From Selaginella moellendorffii (taxonomy: Eukaryota; Plantae; Lycopodiophyta): a stretch of DNA of 64,000 bases. Both the position numbers and the translations under genes were made by a program. Under the pieces are notes generated by a model. The model did not search any database. It was not told the origin of the DNA and worked only from the letters and a program-made list of their open reading frames with translations. How positions within the stretch are numbered: the stretch's first letter is position 1; each line of letters opens with the position of its first letter. Shown in pieces: positions 1 through 12,959 of the stretch. Location: NCBI RefSeq assembly GCF_000143415.4, contig NW_003314314.1:250263-314262 (forward strand). The letters are read 5' to 3'.

Positions 1-1307
1 AATATCCTTGCAAGGACCTTATATTGCTAAAGTCACTTCTAACCTAGTGTTCTGGAGATTCTAACAATTTTGTCAAGCTCTTCTAGTCAAGCTGGCCAAA
101 CTCACTAGTTTATTAGTATTTAGAAATGCCCTTATAATAAAGTTGGTTGGACTCACCAGTCCCTTAGAGGGGTCTTTTTTGAAATCCAAGAGCACTCAAT
201 TCCTGATAGTTGTCAAGAGTCTATAATAGAAATATATGATTTTTAACTTTATGGCTTTTTTCCAGCCAATTCACCAAATTCACCTAGTTGTTAGGATAAA
301 AAATTGCACAGTAAATAGAATATTAAACACATATCATCCACAAGATAACAGACAACAATTTCCTAACGTCTTCGCTTCTAATTCTAAGGTTTATAGGCAA
401 AACTTTAAAACTATAACTGAAATATGGAAAACAAGGAAGTAATTACAAACACAAAAGCTTTGATTTTCTTGCTTTCCCACACATTTCTATCACCAGTGTT
501 AATGTGACTTTTCTTTGATCCTAGATTACCCTTTGATAGTTTTCCACTGTAAAGGATTGGAGGAAAATACTAACATTGATGGAAGAGGGAGAGAAAATAC
601 GAAAGAAGGGCCTTGGGGGAAATTAAGCAAGTGCTGTGATGGAAAATAATATTAGCATTGTTGACAATGTCGGTGTTAAGGAGGATAAACCTCTATATAA
701 CCATGATAATTAACATCATAGTAGAAAAGTTTTAATCCTTAGGCAGCAGTGCTTCTCTATGCTTGCTTTTGTTGGTGTTGTGGAGTTTTTGCTTCACATA
801 AATATCCTATTTAAATACCATGATTTATTAAAGAATACAACAACCATATCTTTAATCTACTTTTAAATCAATTTTTCTGCATGGAATATAAAAAAGGAAT
901 ACAAAAGTATACATATTTGATTAGTGCCAAAACCCTAGCTTATATACAAAAGCAAGTGGTCCGGATTAACAACAATCTGATAACTATGAAAATCCCACTT
1001 TGTTAATATTAGTATATGGCATTGTAGCCATATGCTTCGAACTCACACTAATAAAACTCTTACAAAGGAAAAAAAAATTTAAAAAAGGAATATTTAATGC
1101 TTTTATAAGTTAGATTAATAGATGGATGACTAAGATCTTATGATTACTATTACATTATTATCCATTTATAATCAATAGACTACATAACTCATAAAAATCA
1201 TTAAAATCACATTATTTACTTTTTTAAAATTATTTTTTGATATTTTTCAATTCTAGTAAAATATATCTAAAAAGTGCTTTCTATTTTACATCTTAAAATC
1301 TGGATTT

Positions 1308-1491
1308 TGTAAGCTCCTAAATATGCACTTCCTAGTAGGTCATACATCCCAGTAGTACTTAAAATAACTCCATGGTATCTTAACACCATTAATTGATTGA
1401 AAAAATAGTGTACTTTTATTTATAGATCTTTCCCTTTTATTTTAAAACTCTAAAAAATTATTCTCAACTTGTTTTACTTTGGTTTCTTACA
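1308..1491 (-). mobile_element. Solo LTR with degenerate 5S rRNA-like segment (Cassandra-type)
   Basis: TGTAAG...CTTACA termini; homologous to 15418-15612; flanks GATTT/GATTA resemble a target-site duplication. Confidence 0.65.
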
Positions 1492-3837
1492 GATTACTTG
1501 CTAGTATAAAAATATTGTAAAATTTAAATTATAGATATATCTAATAAAAATATCATTGTAAACTTTAAATTTTTAAAAATTTAAAACATTTTAAAAAATT
1601 AAATTTTAATTTTATAATAATTAATAATTTTTAAATATGACAATAATAAGAAATATACAAATTTGTAAGCTTGTATTTTTAAAATATTAATTTAATGCTT
1701 TTATAAATTTCACAATTTCAAAGTAAAAGAGTTAAATATTCGATATATTCTAATTAATTTATTTTAATTATGGAAAATTTTATTAAATATATTGTAAAAC
1801 ATACTGTGAAAGTTATGTTGAGAATTTTAAAATATCATCACTTCAATGTTGTTTAGATAAAATATATATTACCATCAGCTAATGCAATTGTAAAACATTA
1901 GTAGTTGTAAACCAGTCTGGTATTATGTTTTAAGAATACCTTTATATTGTGTCTGTAACTAAATATATATTAATTTATAATAAACATATAATAGTGAAAG
2001 TAATAAATCTTTATTACAAATAACAGTTGCTTTAAATATTACCATTCTTGTAGTAAGACATTGTGAACTAATTTCATAGATTTTAAGAACCCATAAAAAA
2101 TAAAATTGCAACATAAAAACTAAATAAAGAAAAATGTCAAAGGCTTAATGTAAAGAGGAATATGGAAAATTCTCAATTTAATCAGTAGGAAATTTTATTT
2201 ATAATAGCCAAACGAAGACAAGTGTTTCTGCTATAAATTTTCTATATGATAGTATCTAAAAGAGTGCTTGTGTGTGGAGGCTGGTAAAAAGTTGCATTGC
2301 TGATCTATCTATCAAACAAAGTGCAAGAAATTGCAGAGGTGAAGGCAAGTCTCTCGCCAATTGTTACAAACTCAATGGCCTTCAGACTCTCGTTCACGAT
2401 TTGAAGCTTTCTTTGATGCTCAGGTACAGCAATCTTACAAGTTTTATTGTTCACGACATGCAGAAATTTAGTTTTTTTCCCATACAATGGTAACAACTTT
2501 GACAGTCTGGAAGGAGGTAAAACCTGACAGGGCAAGCCTCTTCAGACCTTCTAGACCAAGTCAAATGGCTTTATACCATATAGAATAACTGGAGGTGCGT
2601 ACATATTAGCTCCTGAGTTCTTGCTCTAAGGTGGTGTCGTGTTCTCGGGTTAGAAAGTCAAACACCTTCGCTATCCAAACTACGTAAGAATCTTATTTTC
2701 CTGAGCTGGATTTTTTTTTCCATTTTCTAATCAAGTTATGAGGACAAAATATCAGGAATCCTTGCAAACGTACAAGGACAAGTCTAGAGATTGCAAATAC
2801 TCGGCCTACATGAAAGTTCACGAGTTTTTTCAAGGGATGCCTTGGCAAGCGGCCGTGCTGCCAAGCCCTAGCGTGCTCTAGGTATCATCTTGTTGCTAGG
2901 ACCAAATTCGGATCTCGGACCTTTCTAAATTTGAACATTAAATCATCATTTTTACAGCTAAATCAAAGAAAATTATATGAAAAACTATTCTGCTGCTCTG
3001 CTCGATCAAACTTGTCACTGCTCTTTAGCTGCTTCCCCTTTGCTTTTTGAAGCTGTTGCTGGGCGAACTTAAAACTTCGATTTTTCAAGCTGCTGGCCCT
3101 GCTTGGTTTAAGAAATTTTTTCGTCTTTAAGCTGCTCAATCTTTGCTGCTCGATCTTAGCTGTTTCAGCCTGCTCCCTTTCTCTCCAAGTTTTAAAATCA
3201 TCTTACGCTTTTCCATTCCCACTTGCTCGATTCTTATGATCTCTGACGCTGGGTTTTATCTTTCGCTGCTTCAAGTCCTGCTCCACCCTCATTTACATAT
3301 TCTTCTGGCGGCCTGCTATGATCTGGACCAAGTTGGCTGCCAGACTATTTTCCAAATAGAAAAGAAACACAATCTCTCAAGGTTGTACTCACAAGTTGGC
3401 CAGAATAAGCAGCTCCTTAGCGTAGTCTCTGAGATGTTTTATTTATTTAGTCTCGAAGAGACGGCCTCCTACGATCTGGACCAAGTTGGAGCTCAGAAGA
3501 TATTCCACCAGAGGAGAAAATTAAAAAACAAAAAAAATACCATAGGATTTGTTGCTGATACTAAAGGAGCTACAATTTGTGTGTCGCTGCAGCTTGCTTC
3601 TTCTGTTTAACAACACGGATGAAATGAATGGAAGAGGAAAAAAAGAATGACTCTACGTACCCTCAGTTCACATTTCTCGATTGTAAAGGTGGCCATTGAA
3701 CCTCTGAATCGCTTTGCACCAGCTTCCACGTTCCATGAAACTCGTCCGATCTTCTGTCTTTATGACTGTTGCTTCGTCTTAGAGTTCACTCCAGCTCTTG
3801 TAGTCTCCGCATGTCAGGGGCGAACATCAGCCGTTTT

Positions 3838-6663
3838 TCAGTCTTTGTGAAGCCGAACCTCTGGCTCCACCGCCACAAGCAGTTTCTTCGAGTTTGAGAT
3901 CATCTTGCCATCATCATCTTCTATCATCCAAGCACCTGTAAGAGCGATCCTGGACAGCATTGAAGCTCTTGTCCCGTTTCCGTCAACTAGAGAGCTTTGT
4001 CTTGATCCGTCTTGGCATCTCATCTTCTCCTTCATCTCGCCGCCGACGTGATGGACTCTTCTCCACTCGGCTGGCTGACTGCTCCGATCTCGGGCACTGT
4101 CTTGGCGAGCTCCGCTTGAGAAGCCCAGATCTTGACAAAATTATCTGCTATCTCCCGATTGATCAAGATATCTCCGAAACTTTGGAGTCAAGGGAGGATA
4201 TCTCCTCGACGAGGTTGATCTTCTCTTGACTTAGAAGTGTGGAGACTGGTCTCTGGCGCTTTGGAGGCTTGCTACTGCTTCCCTGTGCTGCTCGAGCTGT
4301 CAGTACTTGGCTTGCACCTCTGTTCTGGATTTGACTCTCGAGAGCTGGTTACTTCTTGAACTTCCATTCTCGTTTCTTCAACGTGCTTAGAACCTCTGCC
4401 AGTTAGGGAATGCTTCCGCCACTTCAGGCCTTGATCGTGCTGAGAAGCTTGAGCGGAAGCATGCAAAAACACAGCTTCCTGCGAAGCCAGATGCTCCTTC
4501 TTGTCGCATGTAGCGTCCATCTGATCCGTCAAACCTCTGGAGCTCGGCGCTCCATGCGCTCTCACATCGGTTCTCCTCGGCTTGTCTTCATCCTTCAGAG
4601 CTCCTCACCCAAAGCTTTGCTTTGCATCTGGCACGTCTCTCTCTCCTCCAGCGCCTCGAGTCCCGTGATCCTCTCCATCAGCTGCCAGTTACTTGCTTCT
4701 CCAGCCTTGCCTTTGCGCTTCCAAACTCCGCCATCACGTGCTCTCGCCGAGAGCTCCACCTCGTGCAGCGGATTCGACTCCGTCAGCCATTATCCCCTGG
4801 GGCTTCTCCTTCAAGAACTCCTGTCCGAACACTTCCCTCATTCCACCAGATGACAGAGAACGTCTAGCGTAGTCTGTCTTATAGTCTCCGCAGCCATCCG
4901 AAACCCCAGTCACGAGCAGCTTCAGCTATATCGTCTTCTCGCCATCTTGCAGCCATCTGACACTGGTCTACGTCGTTCCTCGCTACTATCATGGACAGCC
5001 TTACCGCAGCAGGCGCTCCTGAATCATCTCCGTCCACTGGAAAGCCGATAAGATAGATCCCTCCTTGCTCCAGACACTGTAGAGTGTAGCCGAACTTGAT
5101 CCATTGATCTTCTCTTGACTTAGAAGAGTGTGGAGGCGGGTCTCTAGCCTGTTTAGATGCCGAAGTTTGATGGACTCTGCTGCACTTCCAGCCGACTGCT
5201 CCGCCTGGAGCCTCGTCAACCGCCGCTTTCGACTCTCCATCTCGGCCACCATCTTCCGAAACTTTCAATTCCAGTCGTTGATCTTCCTTCGACTTAGAGT
5301 GTGGAGACTGGTCTCTAGCTCAGACTTGACGCTTTAGTGACCTGCTACTGTGGTGCTCGACTTGCTTGGATATTTGGCCACAGCTCCGAGTTTTCCCGCT
5401 CCAACTTTTGGATTTGATTTCCCTTGAAGCAATCTGACACTGAGTTCTTTGCTGATACTTTCATCCAAGCAGCTGTACGAGCATTCCTGGACAGCCCTGA
5501 CCCGTTTTCAAAGTCTCCGTCAACTAGAGAGCTCTACCAGATGACAGAGAACGTCGAGCGTAGTCTGTCTTATAGTCTCTGCAGCCCTCTCTGTGAATCC
5601 AAATACCCCACTGTCACGAGCAGCTTCAGCTATATCATATTCTCACTATCACCATCTCGTTGCAGTCGTTCCCTTGCTACTATTCCTTCAAGCTGTGAAC
5701 ATTATACTGCAGCAGTATCTCCTGTCTCATCTCCGTCGACTGGAAAGCTGATAAGATAGATCCCTCCTTGCTCCAGACACTGTAGAGTGTAATCAAACTT
5801 GATCCATTGATCTTCTCTTGACTTAGAAGAGTGTGGAGGCTGGTTGCTGGCCTGTTTAGACGCCTGAAGTGTGATAGACTTCTCCGCCTGGAGCCCTGAG
5901 ACACAGTCGTCACGCACTGCTTTCACGTCTTGGACAGTTGCAAATCTTTGGAGTCAGTCCTCGAGAAGGTCGATCTTCTCTCGACTTAACTGGTCTATAG
6001 CTTTAGTGGCCTCCTCCTGTGCTGCTCAACTTGCTTGGAGATCCAACTTCTGGATTTGACTCTTGAGAGTTGGCTTCTCCGATGCTAGAGTCCGAGCACT
6101 GGCCTCCAGTTGACCAATCCTTGCAGCCAACTTCTCGAGCTCGGAGCCAACTTCATTTCTCGTTTCTTCGACGTGCTTAGAACAGTTTGCTCGTGTTCTC
6201 TTCTCAGGTAAACCCAGGGTCTAGTCGTCTTAGAGTTCGCTCCAGCCCGGCCGATCATCTTCTCCCCATCATGGTTCTGACAAAACAAACACTCATCGTT
6301 CACTTCAGCTCTCTACAACAAACACGGAAGTTATTAGCAAACGGCCATCTGGAATCTGGAAGGTATATCAAACTTACCTGTCTCCTCTTGAATTCGGCAA
6401 CAAAATCTCTCCCCGCACGATCATATAGTTCTTTTGCCTCCTTCACGAAGACCACCTCGCCGGACTGAAGCTTCTTCCACGGTTTCCTCTCACTCGGGAT
6501 CCTATCCAGCATTTTCTGGAGCCTCATCATCTTCCGCGCTCGCTTGATCCTCTCTCGGTCGCTGGATTTGCCGTTGAGCTCCTCGTAAAGCTGCTCGGTG
6601 AGTCTGATCAGAATCCGGAGCGCGCTAACACTCCAAGACTTTTCCTCGTGCTTCTCCTCTTCT
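3838..6663 (-). pseudogene. Left-arm copy of the same unknown gene, with an extra internal tandem unit
   Basis: ORFs 6300-6530, 6085-6303, 5680-5926, 4879-5268, 4272-4565 and 3838-4035 mirror right-arm ORFs. Confidence 0.5.
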
Positions 6664-7138
6664 NNNNNNNNNNNNNNNNNNNNNNNNNNNNNNNNNNNNN
6701 NNNNNNNNNNNNNNNNNNNNNNNNNNNNNNNNNNNNNNNNNNNNNNNNNNNNNNNNNNNNNNNNNNNNNNNNNNNNNNNNNNNNNNNNNNNNNNNNNNNN
6801 NNNNNNNNNNNNNNNNNNNNNNNNNNNNNNNNNNNNNNNNNNNNNNNNNNNNNNNNNNNNNNNNNNNNNNNNNNNNNNNNNNNNNNNNNNNNNNNNNNNN
6901 NNNNNNNNNNNNNNNNNNNNNNNNNNNNNNNNNNNNNNNNNNNNNNNNNNNNNNNNNNNNNNNNNNNNNNNNNNNNNNNNNNNNNNNNNNNNNNNNNNNN
7001 NNNNNNNNNNNNNNNNNNNNNNNNNNNNNNNNNNNNNNNNNNNNNNNNNNNNNNNNNNNNNNNNNNNNNNNNNNNNNNNNNNNNNNNNNNNNNNNNNNNN
7101 NNNNNNNNNNNNNNNNNNNNNNNNNNNNNNNNNNNNNN
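6664..7138. other. Assembly gap (N run)
   Basis: Run of Ns. The flanks align to ~50190 and ~50625 of the right arm, a similar span. Confidence 1.
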
Positions 7139-7830
7139 TCTTGTTCCAGCTGCTGCTTCATCGGCTTCATCCGCTGCTCCTCCTCCTGTTCCTGCTCTTG
7201 CTTCATCGGCTTGATCGGCTTGATCGGCTGATTCGGCTGATTCTTCTCCTCTCGTTCCAGCTGCGGCTGCTCCTTGTGACCTTGCTCCTGTTTCACCTCG
7301 CGCCTGAGTTCCTTCGTCTCATGGGCTTCTTTCTCCTGCTCCTCCTCGCTCAGCTGCTCAGCTTTCTTCTCTTGCTCCTCCTCCTTCAGCTGCTTCTCGG
7401 CTTCGTTTTCCTCCTCTTGTTCCAGCTTCATCGGCTTCATCTGATCGGCTTCTTTCTCCTCCTCGTTCACCTGCTCGGCTTTCTTCTCTTCCTTCAGCTG
7501 CTCCGCTTTCTTCTCTTGATTCTCCTCTTCGTCCTCCTTCTCTTGTTCCGGCTTGATCGGCTTGATCGGCTCCTTGTGCCCTCGCTCCTGTCGTATCGCT
7601 TCTAAGACGATTTTCACCTCGCGCCTGAGTTCCTTCAACTTCAAGGCGGCGGCGTCCATGGCTTCTCCCGAGACGGCCTCACAGACACGATCTTGGACCT
7701 TCAGCTTCAAGGCCGCCGCGTCCATGGCTTCCGGGTGGACCTTGTTGTCGCCCTTGTGCGCCTTTTTTGGTCGAAAGAGAGACCACAAACCTGTGACGCA
7801 TCCACTGCGCTCCTGCTCTGTTCGCGCCAT
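7139..7830 (-). CDS. Glu/Lys/Gln-rich repetitive protein of unknown function, left-arm copy (3' end lies in the gap)
   Basis: ORF MARTEQERSGCVTGLWSLFRPKK... with PIKPIKP and EQE repeats; near-identical to 49520-50380. Confidence 0.6.
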
Positions 7831-8599
7831 AGCTTGCCCTTTGCAAAATGCCTTTAATGCCCTAACCCTTACTAAATGTATTTCACATTAATGTATAAAT
7901 TAGTAATTGCCTAGCATATGCTATCCGGTTTGCAAACACTTTATAGTTTTTAAAAATTAAGTTGGAATAGTATCAAAATAGCAATTGTTGTGTTTGAGGA
8001 AGTAACTATAAACATGTAGGAAACTATCAGATCCCAGAAGCTATCTATATAACTACAAAATCCCATTACAAACACATAAAATAAACATTATAAAATCAAT
8101 TACCTCCTACAATGCTACAAGACACTTTGGCTGGAAGTGTGCTTATGAATGTCTGGATCTAGCCACATAAAAGTTTGAAAGACAAAGGAAATCGTGAGAG
8201 TGTGCTGGTGGCAATAAAGAGATTGGGGAGCTATGAATCACAGCACTCTAGAAGCAATCCAGCAAGAAAATTGAAGATATGCAAACCTGGCATTTGCAAT
8301 CGGTTTTGCACAGTGAAATCATAACCCTAGAGAAGAAGGTGCAGCATGAATCACCACTCTCAAGTGAGTCTACAACTTGATGGCAGAAGTGTCAATGCTT
8401 TAGAGAATTTGGTCAACATGAACGATTTCTTCTCTCGGCCCTAGAGCTTGGACTTGGACCTTGTTTTCGCCCCTTTTTTCAAACCTGTGACGCATCCACA
8501 GCGCTCCTGCTCTATTCGCGCCTAATGCCTTTAATGCCCTAACCCTTACTAAATCTATTTCACATTAATGCGTTCGTTTAGTCTAATCCACATTTTTCG

Positions 8600-8777
8600 G
8601 CAGTCTATCCCGGAAGATGTTTACACACTCTCATCTCTCAAGTATCTAGACGTGAGTAGAAACCAGCTCCAGGGACTTGTTCCAGAATGTTTCCAGCTTG
8701 AGAGTGCTGATCAAACCAGCTACAGTATACCATCTGACCTCAGTAAACTTCCAGAAGAAAACAAAGAAACAATATAG
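8600..8777 (+). pseudogene. Leucine-rich-repeat (RLK/RLP-type) fragment
   Basis: SIPEDVYTLSSLKYLDVSRNQLQGLVP fits the plant extracellular LRR consensus. Copies at ~11190-11411(+) and 49271-49440(-). Confidence 0.65.
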
Positions 8778-9015
8778 TAAATAAACAGTCTTTATGCATT
8801 TTCTTTGTTGGTGAATGTTTAGATGCTTACCCTAGATGTGCCATTCTTGACATCCAAACTTCCTGACGTGACAAAATTTCAAGAGCATTGAATTTACAAG
8901 GTAAATGCATTCTCCTTAAAGCTTATTCTTTATGTCATGTAGGAAAATGCAAGTCAATTTTGGTCATGTTTGCTATTGAGCTGCATCTTGTTACCAAGCA
9001 CACATACTTCTACCA

Positions 9016-9622
9016 TGTAACGCATTTGATTATAAGATGAGATTTGGATATATTGTCACTGTGGATCTTTGGAACCTTGGGGATAAATGGGGATAAAATA
9101 GCCATTAAAGGGCTCTTTCATTAAACAATTACTTTTTTTCCAATTGGTTTAAGGGGAGAGAGATAAAGTGTGTTACAGTTGGTATCGGAGCAAATGGCAC
9201 GAGTTTAATTCTCATTGATTAGTAGCTTAAAAATATAATATATTTTGAACAAGGTATTATACATATTGCCCTTGAGCAAGGTATTGCATACATCCTTCCT
9301 CTTGTGTAGGCTCAGTAGGGGTTGCTAGTTATTGTATGTATTGGGCAATGTGTACGTCCTTCCTCTTGTGAGCCTGTATTGTATGTATTGGGCAATGCGT
9401 ACGTCCTTCCTCTTGTGTAGGCTTAGTAAGAGTTGCTAGTTAATAGTTAATAAGGACATTAACATCTCTGAAGGGGGGGGGGGGGGGGGGGTGAGTGTAT
9501 CGCATGTAATCACGGTGGATTTTTAAAACCTGGGGGGAAAAAGGGGGAAAAAAAACCTTTAAAGGGGCCCCCCAGGCCCCTTTTCCGGTTTTTTTAAGAG
9601 GAGAGAGATAATGTGTGTTATA
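9016..9622 (+). mobile_element. TRIM (terminal-repeat retrotransposon in miniature)
   Basis: 5' LTR TGTAAC...GTGTGTTACA (9016-9177); PBS TGGTATCGGAGC (tRNA-iMet type) at ~9180; short internal region with tandem repeats; G-tract PPT ~9471-9491; 3' LTR ending GTGTGTTATA. Confidence 0.75.
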
Positions 9623-10264
9623 TGCTACCAATTTGCTTTTTGAAACTGTTGTATGACATTAAATTTAGCAGAAACAAAACTTTTTATTTGTTCTTTTTTA
9701 GATACAACGTCCATTCTGAGTTCATCGTCAAGCTCAGGTGGTTTAGAGGAAGGAGGAGAAGCTGTTTTTAGTGAATCAGAGTATGTGGAGTCAAGGACAA
9801 TGTTAGGGATGATGCTATTGCTCATATGGTGGAAGAATTGTCATTAGATGGAGATCAAGATGCAAAGAAGCTTATTTTCAGCCTCAAGGAGATATTTGGT
9901 TTCAGCCATATCCCACTAAAGAAGCAATCTTGAATTCTGAATAAAGAAGAACAGTATTTTTATGTACTACAAGCAATGCTTCAGTGAGGGATGCAAGTCA
10001 TCCAACTTCCCAACTTCAACAATTTCAAGCAATACACTGTTATAACCTTGCACTAAATAACAAAGACAAAGAGGTTTAGCCTTGCCTCTTGAGGTTTTTT
10101 TAATTATTCCACATATAGTTGGGTTAATAAATAGTGATTAAAAGTCTCTTGTTGCAAATTTTGCAACTTTTTAGTATTTAACTTACCATTAAAAGAAGAT
10201 TAACCATTCTTCTTGCTTTGTTACTTACTCTTCAATTGTGAATTCCTTGTTCTTGAGTTGTTTC

Positions 10265-11545
10265 AGCTTCGAGGCCGCCATGTCCATGGCTTCTGGGTGA
10301 ACCTTGTTGTTGCCCTTGTGCGCCTTTTTTGGTCAAAAGAGAGACCACAAACCCATAGCTTGCCCTTTGCAAAATAACCCTTACTAAATCTATTTCACAT
10401 GAATGTCTTTGTTTAATTTAGTCCCATAGTCTCTCTCAAAAACAATTACAGGATTTTAGGGTGATACCAGGCCGGTTGGCTTTAGTAAAGGATTCCTTCG
10501 ATTTGGAGCAGCCACAATGCCACCAGAAGGCATGGGCTGAAAAACAGTGATGAAAGGGCTGAAGCTGGAAGTCAGTAAAACTTCTTCGAGTGTGTTGGCT
10601 CCACTCACGCACGTCTGCATATCAACAGAGTCTTTGAAGTAGTTAAAGGTGACTTGAGGATTATCATCAGCATTCAGAGTTAAAAGTCGGATCTCTCCAC
10701 TTGAACGAGGCTTAGCGACCTTCTGCGTGACCACAACGATTGGACTCTTCTGCGGACTGCTTAACTCTTCGAAGTATGTTCCAGATGGATCGATCCCCAC
10801 ACTTTGAATGAGGGAAACTTCAACTGGGGATGGTGAGCCGATGTAGACTCTGGTGGATGGATTTTCAACTATGTGTTTTCCAACATCGGGGGAATCTGCA
10901 ACCACTTTGATTTTCTTAGCTTGAAGGTGGTCTCTGGGGCCAATTCCACTAAGCATGAGCAGCTGAGGAGTGCCTATTGCACCTGCTGTGAGTATCACTT
11001 CACTTTTGGATGAATTCTGGAGAAGAACAGTATACGTTTTCCCAGATAAACGGCCTGTGACTTGAACACCTACAGCTCTTGGAGTACCAGAACCTATTTA
11101 AGAGAAACGAAAACACGTCAAACTTATAAAAACTGAATAATTCTCAAAGCTCAGACACCTCGGACTTGCAGGAATCAACTCACAGGCTCCATCCCGGAAG
11201 ATGTTTGCACACTAATTATCTAGACTTAAGTAGAAACCAGCTCCATGGACTCCTTCCATCCGGCCTCGAGAATTTGAGAGTGCTTGGCCTCGGATCCAGC
11301 TATGGAGCCAGATACCAGCTGAGCTTAGACAACTTTCTAGCCTACACCAGCACAAGTTTGCTAGACGGAAGAAAACAAAGAAATGAGATTATAGCTGTGG
11401 TAAGTCAATAGTGTTTATGCATTTTGTTTGTTGGTGAATGTCTACCATTGAATTCATGAGGTAAATGCTCTCTATCATTCTCCTTAAAGCTTATGCTCCA
11501 AATAGCTTTCTGTCATGCAGGAAAATGTCAAGTCAGTTTGTTCAT
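10265..11545. repeat. Fourth partial copy of the arm (5' end of the E/K-rich gene plus LRR fragment), interrupted by a GMC oxidoreductase fragment
   Basis: 10265-10420 resembles 7700-7890 and 8540-8590. 11190-11545 resembles 8606-8970. Confidence 0.8.
10456..11094 (-). pseudogene. GMC oxidoreductase (HOTHEAD/mandelonitrile lyase-like) single-exon fragment
   Basis: EVILTAGAIGTPQLLMLSGIGP and PRSSGEIRL..NPQVTFNYF motifs. The FAD-binding N-terminus and the C-terminal catalytic region are absent. Confidence 0.85.
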
Positions 11546-11549
11546 GTTA

Positions 11550-12400
11550 GCATACATGTTTTTGCCACTGTGAAGGCCATTAGAACTTGTTCTAATTTAG
11601 ATTTTTCATTATAACACAGTTAATCAGGTGAGTAAGTTTTTCAATATAGTCCTTCATTGTTTTGTTGAAAATATCAAAGTTCCATATGATCATTCTTCAA
11701 GATAATGGAATTGTGTATTCATTGTGAAGTAGGTTGCTTGCAAGCAAGTATGAGCAAGGTTGTCTGTTGCCATTTCTTGTCTGATGCTCCATGTTATGAT
11801 GAGGGGCAATAAAAGCAACCTCAAACTCATCTATGATAGACATTAATAGTTTTTTATTCGCAATGCATATAAGACTCTTCAAGCCAATTCCACTATCAAA
11901 GACTTACATTATGTAAAACCATTGGAATAATCATTAAAATCTTTGCATCTAAGGTTCTTTTAGCAACCAAGAAATTCTTCACAATAATAATTAAATTAGA
12001 CACTTGTCCACACTATCACCCAAAAATGTAGTGTTTTGAGTTGATTTATCAAAGAAGTTTACTTGGAGCATATATCATAGCCATTATACCATCCATCTCT
12101 TTTTGCATTTCCTCTTGCATTTTTTATTGATTTTTATTGAGGGGTTGCAACTCATGAATAACAATCTACATTGAGTTATTCTTCTTTATGACAAAAATTG
12201 TTGCACCAAATAAAGACTTACTTAGCTAAATAAATCCAAACTTAATTAGCTTTTTTGATTTATTGTTGAATTTTTTGCTTACCTTGGTAGATTTGCCTCA
12301 TTCCTAGCTCTAGTATAATTTTATATTCTACATCTTGTAATGGAAGAATGAGGAAATTCAGATAGAAAGACATTGGCAAACTCTTTAAATTTGGTGCATT
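11550..12400 (-). mobile_element. Decayed Ty3/gypsy reverse transcriptase remnant
   Basis: Minus-strand translation with stops: KEFANVFLSEFP... and KLIKFGFI*LSKSLFGATIFVIKKNNSM, resembling [23 protein letters not shown]. Confidence 0.6.
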
Positions 12401-12959
12401 CGAGCACTATGCTGCCACTGTAGCGCTGCTAACACCTCTACTGCCTAAGAACGTGAAGAGCACACCGCCATCACCACCACATTGCAAAATCCCGGGACAC
12501 TTTCCATGGATGGATGTGGTATCATCATCATCCATCGCAACATGGTAACCTATGCTCATATCACATCTTGCATTACTGTCTTTCCTCCTACATGTGCTTT
12601 GTTCCCCTTAAGTCACGAATAAATAATAAATAAGTGCAGTTCTATAACAAAAAACCCACTTCAAATATATAACAAAGAGTATAACAATTGGAGGTTGAAC
12701 TCCATCTTGAAATCATATATCCTTGATGCTACCGTACTATAGTGAGACATGTTTAATGCTCTACTTTATTTCCGGATCCACCTTCACCAACCATGGCATT
12801 CTAAAAATGAGATCCACATAATAGATATCTATCGTGAATGTGATTTCGGTATCAGAAGTTACTTGTCGGCCAGTTCTTACAGACACTCTTTCCTTACTGC
12901 CACGACGGCAGGAGGTCGGTATTGTTAGACCCTTTATTAGTCCCTATTGTGCTAGTGGA

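Larger units (their letters stand above)
1..9015. repeat. Left arm of a long imperfect inverted repeat (partner ~49010-56247); probably continues beyond the window start
   Basis: 1-99 is the reverse complement of ~56149-56247. Matches continue, e.g. 2272-2535 vs ~53930-54190, ORF 3838-4035(-) vs 52409-52606(+), ORF 6625-7830(-) vs 49520-50380(+), and 8980-9010 vs ~49020-49050. Confidence 0.95.

Noticed and set aside
6598-7605. Leu-rich ORFs (also 49745-50248) and ORFs spanning Ns
   Set aside because: Antisense shadows of the E/K-rich ORF, or inflated by the assembly gap.
9471-9600. G-quadruplex-like or unusual homopolymer blocks
   Set aside because: The G-run is at the TRIM PPT. The downstream runs look like read stutter after poly-G when compared with the 5' LTR.
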